DNA from: an uncultured Nitrosospira sp.
GTDB lineage: Bacteria > Nitrospirota > Nitrospiria > Nitrospirales > Nitrospiraceae
Length of the DNA stretch: 42,797 nucleotides
Assembly (NCBI GenBank): GCA_900696505.1
Contig: CAADGJ010000223.1
Location: forward strand, 1-42,797
Direction: 5' to 3'
In this document: positions 37,559-42,797 of the stretch, piece by piece
How the letters are laid out: every line of letters begins with the position of its first letter
How positions within the stretch are numbered: the stretch's first letter is position 1
Notes under the pieces: generated by a model
Databases searched by the model: none
The model's input: the letters and a program-made list of their open reading frames with translations, nothing else
What the model was told of the DNA's origin: nothing
Translations under genes and position numbers: made by a program

Positions 37559-37599
37559 TGTATCAGAGAAGTCTTACAAGAGGTATCTGAAAAGATACA
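37559..37599. promoter_or_regulatory. Tandem palindromic sites, putative enhancer (bEBP) binding
   Basis: TGTATCagagaagtcTTACA (37559-37578) and GTATC-tgaaaa-GATAC (37583-37598), about 60-100 nt upstream of the sigma-54 box. Confidence 0.5.
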
Positions 37600-37603
37600 C
37601 AGG

Positions 37604-37634
37604 CGTCTCTTCCATAATCGTGAGCGAAGAGACG
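37604..37634 (-). terminator. Hairpin downstream of the kinase operon
   Basis: CGTCTCTTC-N13-GAAGAGACG perfect 9-bp inverted repeat, 26 nt past the stop. Confidence 0.4.
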
Positions 37635-37660
37635 ACAGAAGGGGAAGAGGAAGCCTGCTG

Positions 37661-38908
37661 TCAGGCGGCTGATTTGTTTCCTTCGTTGTCCGCGAGTGGT
37701 TGCTGAAGAGGGACAGTAAACCGGAAGACGGACCCTGCTCCAGGTTCGCTTTCCGCTCCGATGTGTCCCCCCATCAGTTCCACCAATTGCTTGCAAATCG
37801 CGAGACCCAATCCCGTTCCTCCATACTTCCTCGTGGTGGATCCGTCTGCCTGGACGAAGGGCTGAAACAACTTCGCAAACGCGTTAGGCGCAATTCCGAT
37901 ACCGTTATCCGCTACGGAGAATCGCACGTGACTGATTCGGCTGGCAGTGGATGACAGTTCGCCATAACTGGTGGCGGGAAACTCGAGACGCTGTTCAGAC
38001 GGCCGCTGGTCAAGATCGACGGTAAGAGAGACCGTTCCACGATCACTGAATTTGATGGCGTTTGCCAGCAGGTTGCTGAGGATCTGTTGGAGTCGGGTCG
38101 GATCTCCGCATAAAGCAGCCGGGACGTCGTCGGCAATCTGCGAATGAAGGAGGAGACCCTTTCGTTGTGCTCGCTCTGCGAATAACGCCAGGACTCGATC
38201 GACAAACTTCGGCAGATCAAGGTCGAGCAATTCGAGAGACAGTTTGCCGGATTCGATTTTGGAAAAATCGAGAATGTCGTTGATGATGACCATCAAGGAA
38301 TCGCCCGAGGACCGGATCGTTTGCGCGCAATCCAGCTGTTCCGCCGTCAGTTCGGTTTCCAACAGCCAGTCGGTCATGCCGAGTACGCCGTTCATCGGCG
38401 TGCGGATTTCATGACTCATGGTCGCAAGGAATTCAGATTTGAGGCGGGCCCCTTCCATCGCTGCATCGCGAGCCTGCGTCAGAGTCGCCTGACTGGCTCG
38501 GAGTTCCTGGAGTACCTGGTTGGCTCGAACCATATACCGGATGCGGTGAGTCAGCAACATGGCGTTCAAGGGCTTCACGATAAAATCCGTCGCGCCCGCA
38601 TCATAGGCTTTTGTAATGGATTCAAAATCGTCCAAACCAGTCATGATCAGAATCGGGGTGTGTTCGCCGCCTGGTAACTGTCGTAAGGCGGCACAGGTCT
38701 GAAACCCGTCCATTTCCGGCATCATGACATCAAGCAGTACGACATCCGGCGGGCACTTCTTAAAGGCCGCGCAGGCTTCGAGTCCGTTCTCAGCCTCTTC
38801 GACCTCCCATCCTGCTTGTTCCAGGGCCTCCCGTGCAAACATGCGGATGATGATGTCGTCGTCGGTGACTAATGCGTAGGGTGACCGTCCCGAGGTGAGC
38901 GGGTTCAT
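37661..38908 (-). CDS. REC-HisKA-HATPase histidine kinase (N-terminal receiver)
   Basis: LLDVMMPEMDG receiver; EFLATMSHEIRTPMNG H-box; GGTGLGLAIC; ATGA overlap with the upstream kinase. Confidence 0.92.
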   Translation of the reverse strand: MNPLTSGRSPYALVTDDDIIIRMFAREALEQAGWEVEEAENGLEACAAFKKCPPDVVLLDVMMPEMDGFQTCAALRQLPGGEHTPILIMTGLDDFESITKAYDAGATDFIVKPLNAMLLTHRIRYMVRANQVLQELRASQATLTQARDAAMEGARLKSEFLATMSHEIRTPMNGVLGMTDWLLETELTAEQLDCAQTIRSSGDSLMVIINDILDFSKIESGKLSLELLDLDLPKFVDRVLALFAERAQRKGLLLHSQIADDVPAALCGDPTRLQQILSNLLANAIKFSDRGTVSLTVDLDQRPSEQRLEFPATSYGELSSTASRISHVRFSVADNGIGIAPNAFAKLFQPFVQADGSTTRKYGGTGLGLAICKQLVELMGGHIGAESEPGAGSVFRFTVPLQQPLADNEGNKSAA

Positions 38909-41900
38909 GATGATTTCTCCTGGGCGATCTCGTTTCGAAAGACGGCACAAGCGGCAGCATATTCGGATTGTAATTCGACCAAAATACGATCGGCTTCGAT
39001 CAGATTTTTTTGAGCGCCCAGCGCCTCCAGTTCCTTACAGCGGGCGGCTACCGCAAGGGCTCCAAGCTGAGCGCTGCTCGATTTGAGGCGATGCGCCACT
39101 GCTTGCAAGCCAGCGGGATCGTTCGCACGTATCGCGTCCTGTAAGGCATCTACACTGTCTCGTGAGTTATCGAGATACTTGCGAAGAACGGACGCCAGCA
39201 CATCAGGCCGGTTTGGCCGTTGCAAGGCCCGAATGCCGTCGAGAGCTTTAGGATCCATGCTCGGAGTGCTTGGTGGGGGGGCAGCTGCAGCGGGGGCTGA
39301 TTCGCCAGATACCGCCTGCGTTGAGCTGAAGACTGGGGCGAGCGCTCGATCAGTCCCTTGCTTGTCTAACCATTTCTGCACGACGGTCTGCAATTGCACC
39401 TGCGTGTAGGGTTTGGTCAGATAGTCATCCATGCCGGCCGCGAGACATTGTTCCCGGTCTCCTTGCATGGCATTGGCGGTCAAGGCAATGATGGTGAGTC
39501 TTCGCTGGCCGGATGCCGCTTCACGTCGGCGAATTTCTCCCGTCGCGGTAAACCCATCCATCTCAGGCATCTGACAATCCATGAGCACGAGGTCAAACTG
39601 ACTGCGCCCGGCCAATTCCAATGCCTGCCGGCCGTTTTCCGCCATCTCGACCTGGTACCCGAGGATTTCCAGCATGCCGACGGCGACTTCACGATTCACC
39701 GGGCTATCTTCAGCTATGAGAATCCTGGCCACACGGTGTCCCGCTCTCTTGGACTCCGTTCCAGGCGATGACGGGTATGGCTCCAACGGCCCATAGGGCG
39801 GTTCGAGAGTAAGGTGCGGCTTAGCAAGTCGCTCATAGGATGGCAGGCCGTTGTCCGTTCCCGTGCCAAGCGGTTGCAGTTCGAATCGGGCCGTGAATGA
39901 GAATGTCGAGCCACGGCCCGGTTCACTTTCCACCGTAATCGCTCCTCCCATGAGGCCCACCAATTGTTTGGCGATCGACAAACCGAGACCTGTTCCACCG
40001 TACCGTCGGGTGGTCGAACCGTCCGCTTGCGCAAAGGCATCAAAAATTCGCAATTTGGCTGCGGGCGGAATACCGATGCCGGTGTCCGTGACCGAAATGC
40101 GGAGTTGCGCATGAGTGGGAGTGCCACTCATGTAGTCGGCCGTCAGCGACACCCCGCCGGTTTCGGTAAACTTCATGGCGTTGCTCAACAGATTCATGAG
40201 AATTTGACGGAGTCGGACCGGATCCCCCATCAAATAACGCGGGACCCGTTCATCGACCTGTTGAGTGAGGTGAAGGTGTTTCCGCCGGGCGGCTTCCATG
40301 AACAGCTCGAGGGATTCGTCGAGAAGTTGCGACAGATCGAATCCGACACATTCCAGATCCAGTTTGCCGGCTTCGATTTTTGAGAAATCGAGAATATCGT
40401 TAATGATGGCGAGGAGCGTTCGTCCCGACCGGTGCACGGTCGACGCGAGATGGCGCTGCTTATCGGTGAGGGTACTGTTGAGCAATAGTTCGGTCGTGCC
40501 GAGCACGCCGTTCATCGGCGTACGGATTTCATGGCTCATATTGGCGAGGAATTCGCTCTTCGCCTTGCTGGCCGCCTCTGCGGCTTCTTTTGCCGCGCGA
40601 AGTTCCTCCTCAGTACGTTTCCGATCGGTCGTATCGATATGAATGCCGACCATTCGCGCGGCCACGCCATAGACATCGCGTATGAGGGTGCCGCGGGATA
40701 AAATCCATCGGTAGGATCCATCTCGATGCCGCAGGCGATGCTCGAGTTCGAATTGGGCGCGGTCGCCGTTCAGGCAAGAGTGGACGGTCTGATGGACCAG
40801 CGCCCGGTCTTCCGGGTGAATGCGGGATTGCCACTCCTGGAATGCGTTGGGCAATGTGGTATCGTCGTGGCCGAGCTGACTCTTCCACTGCGGCGAAAAA
40901 TAGACTGCATCGGTGGTGAGATTCCAATCCCAGATGCCGATGTGAGACCCTTGCACCGTCATTGTGAGGCGGGCCTCGCTGGTGCGTAAGGCCTCTTCCG
41001 CCTGCTTGCGCTCCGAAATATCCACGACGAAGGCAGTGAAGGTATAGGCATTTTCCAGACGGAGCGGGGTGATCGCGAGTTCGATCGGAAATTCCGTGCC
41101 ATCTCTGCGCAGCGCGCTAATTTCGATTCGTTTATTGAGGATCGGTCCCTCGCCGGTTTTGAGGAACTGCCTTATCCCTCTCTGGTGAGCCTCTCGCTGA
41201 GAGGCCGGAATAATGGTCTCTGCCATCAAGCGACCGATGGCTTCCTGGCGCGTCCACCCGAATGTCTGCTCCGCCTGCGTGTTCCAGCCGATAATGCGTC
41301 CCTGCTCGTCGATGCTGATGACTGAGCTGAGCGCCGTGTCGATAATCAGCCTGGTCCGCCCTTCGCTTTTGCGCAGCGCCCCTTCGGCGTGGAGCCGCTC
41401 GACCGCTTCTAGCGCCAAGGACACTAACGAGGCGACGGCATAACTGAATTGTTGTTCCTCGAGCATCCAGGAGCGTGGCGTGCCTACGTGTTCATTGCAC
41501 AGCACTCCTACCAGTTTCCCTTTGAAGCGAATCGGGATATCGAGCAACGAGCTGATCCCTAACGGGGTCAGGTAGGTGTCGGTGAATTCGGACGTGCGGG
41601 GATCGGTCCGCGCGTCCGAGGCGTCTATGACCCGTTCCGTGAGGAGCTCCCGGAAATACTTGGGGAATTGCGCGGCGAGGAGTTCCATCCCGCATGAATG
41701 GCTGTTGTTGGACGCGTCGTGGAGATCTTTACAGATAATGGCGCTATGGTCGTCTCGCAGAAGCCAGATGCTGCACCGGCGCACCCCGAGGGTCGCGGCT
41801 GTCACCCGGGTGATTTCTCGGAGGGCCGGCTCGAGCACGCCGCTTTGAATGATGCTGTTGCTGGTTAGACCAAACAGTGCGGCCTGATGTTGCCGCAACA

Positions 41901-42528
41901 AACTCTCCGTATGGCGACGAACATCCTCGGCCTGCTTGCGCTCCGAAATGTCCCGAAAGACCAGCACCGCTCCACCGGCCTGACCGTCCCGCACGATAGG
42001 AGCCAACACGCAGGAAACGGGAAACGAACGGCCCGTGATCGACGTGAGTATGCCATCATCGGTTCTGAAGGAATGTCCTTGAGCCGTTTCATCCAGCAGC
42101 ATCTGGGTAAAGATCGGCTCGGTGAGATTGGTGCCGTACGAGAGGGAAATCATATCGGGCAGGCGTCGTCCCACGACGTCCGCTTCGGGAAGTCCCCACA
42201 AACGCTGCCCCTCAGGATTGAGCAGGACGATGTCCCAGTTTCGATCCACGACGCACAGTCCGTCACCCATGGAACGAAGCACGGTGTGGAGTTTGTCCCG
42301 CTCCTGGGTCAACTGACTTTCTGATGTGCGGCGAAGCTGCTCGTTCAGTTCCTGCATCTCGCTGGCGGACAGGGCAATCGAGCGTTCGAGCAGTTCGCGT
42401 CCCTGGTCGGACTCGATGTAGCTCCGGCTGACGCGTTCAAGCAGTTGCTGCCAGGCCTCGAGCGAGGTGGGGGCGGCGGTAGTCTCCAGTCCCAACCGCT
42501 TGAGTTGTCGTGTGAGCAGCGGATGCAT
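38905..42528 (-). CDS. Cytoplasmic hybrid histidine kinase: PAS-GAF-PAS-PAS-HisKA-HATPase-REC-Hpt
   Basis: No TM segments; PAS/PAC ends (DISERK, DTTDRK); GAF; FLANMSHEIRTPMNG; LVLMDCQMP; Hpt AHRLKSSSAQLGA. Confidence 0.93.
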   Translation of the reverse strand: MHPLLTRQLKRLGLETTAAPTSLEAWQQLLERVSRSYIESDQGRELLERSIALSASEMQELNEQLRRTSESQLTQERDKLHTVLRSMGDGLCVVDRNWDIVLLNPEGQRLWGLPEADVVGRRLPDMISLSYGTNLTEPIFTQMLLDETAQGHSFRTDDGILTSITGRSFPVSCVLAPIVRDGQAGGAVLVFRDISERKQAEDVRRHTESLLRQHQAALFGLTSNSIIQSGVLEPALREITRVTAATLGVRRCSIWLLRDDHSAIICKDLHDASNNSHSCGMELLAAQFPKYFRELLTERVIDASDARTDPRTSEFTDTYLTPLGISSLLDIPIRFKGKLVGVLCNEHVGTPRSWMLEEQQFSYAVASLVSLALEAVERLHAEGALRKSEGRTRLIIDTALSSVISIDEQGRIIGWNTQAEQTFGWTRQEAIGRLMAETIIPASQREAHQRGIRQFLKTGEGPILNKRIEISALRRDGTEFPIELAITPLRLENAYTFTAFVVDISERKQAEEALRTSEARLTMTVQGSHIGIWDWNLTTDAVYFSPQWKSQLGHDDTTLPNAFQEWQSRIHPEDRALVHQTVHSCLNGDRAQFELEHRLRHRDGSYRWILSRGTLIRDVYGVAARMVGIHIDTTDRKRTEEELRAAKEAAEAASKAKSEFLANMSHEIRTPMNGVLGTTELLLNSTLTDKQRHLASTVHRSGRTLLAIINDILDFSKIEAGKLDLECVGFDLSQLLDESLELFMEAARRKHLHLTQQVDERVPRYLMGDPVRLRQILMNLLSNAMKFTETGGVSLTADYMSGTPTHAQLRISVTDTGIGIPPAAKLRIFDAFAQADGSTTRRYGGTGLGLSIAKQLVGLMGGAITVESEPGRGSTFSFTARFELQPLGTGTDNGLPSYERLAKPHLTLEPPYGPLEPYPSSPGTESKRAGHRVARILIAEDSPVNREVAVGMLEILGYQVEMAENGRQALELAGRSQFDLVLMDCQMPEMDGFTATGEIRRREAASGQRRLTIIALTANAMQGDREQCLAAGMDDYLTKPYTQVQLQTVVQKWLDKQGTDRALAPVFSSTQAVSGESAPAAAAPPPSTPSMDPKALDGIRALQRPNRPDVLASVLRKYLDNSRDSVDALQDAIRANDPAGLQAVAHRLKSSSAQLGALAVAARCKELEALGAQKNLIEADRILVELQSEYAAACAVFRNEIAQEKSS

Positions 42529-42533
42529 ACAGA

Positions 42534-42797
42534 TTACAATTCGGTAATCGTGGTCAACGTCATGGTTTGATTGTGAAGATCGCAGGCTCCGCTGGCATAG
42601 GGAGAAATTTCCCCATAGGAATAGAATCCGACTTGGCGGCTTCCATTGGGCAGAATTTCCAGCGTCGCTTCGATTTCTTCTTCCGTTCGTTCCCCGAGCA
42701 CCAACCGCCGTCCGACGCAGCTGATCGCGATCGACAGCGTGGGGGAAGAGCTGCCCGCAGGTTCATGATTGTTCAGGGTGAGGGTTGCCGCTTCAGA
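42534..42797 (-). CDS. FIST C-terminal domain protein (NosP-like sensor), 3' end only (partial)
   Basis: Open frame to the window edge, not in the ORF track: ...ISCVGRRLVLGERTEEEIE...GFYSYGEISPYASGACDLHNQTMTLTTITEL*. These are the FIST_C signature motifs; the stop lies 5 nt before the kinase start. Confidence 0.88.
   Translation of the reverse strand, partial: SEAATLTLNNHEPAGSSSPTLSIAISCVGRRLVLGERTEEEIEATLEILPNGSRQVGFYSYGEISPYASGACDLHNQTMTLTTITEL

Noticed and set aside
38240-40560. Similar DNA stretches in the two kinases as a repeat or mobile element
   Set aside because: Explained by conserved HisKA/HATPase coding motifs in paralogous kinases.
42560-42766. 68-aa ORF from the ORF track
   Set aside because: Wrong frame; the real coding frame is the FIST_C ORF ending at 42534.

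Overview
A GC-rich bacterial chromosome window; the gene content and protein styles suggest a Nitrospira-like organism (inference, not verified). The housekeeping backbone runs yggT(partial)-divIVA-serine hydrolase, CDP-alcohol phosphatidyltransferase, pilC-pilS-pilR, ispE-prs-rplY-pth, then rpsF-ssb-rpsR-yceD-rpmF-plsX-fabH-fabD-fabG-acpP-fabF-rnc-cyclophilin. A ~15.5 kb accessory block lies between pth and rpsF. It holds an indoleamine 2,3-dioxygenase-family gene and a small outer-membrane beta-barrel followed by two paralogous Gly/Tyr/Trp-rich lipoproteins that share a C-terminal APPQF(Q/R)KKY motif. It also holds a putative sigma-54 operon: a Cys-rich secreted protein, a ~1,970-aa MnxG-type multicopper oxidase, a YVTN beta-propeller, an SCO protein and a cytochrome c/periplasmic-binding-protein fusion. 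The right end (minus strand) encodes a partial FIST/NosP-type sensor missed by the ORF track, a PAS-GAF-PAS-PAS hybrid kinase with Hpt, a REC-kinase, and an XrtA/PEP-CTERM-type polysaccharide deacetylase with its own sigma-54 promoter. A GTATC-N6-GATAC-like palindrome occurs upstream of both sigma-54 promoters. I found no tRNA, rRNA, CRISPR array or transposase/integrase.
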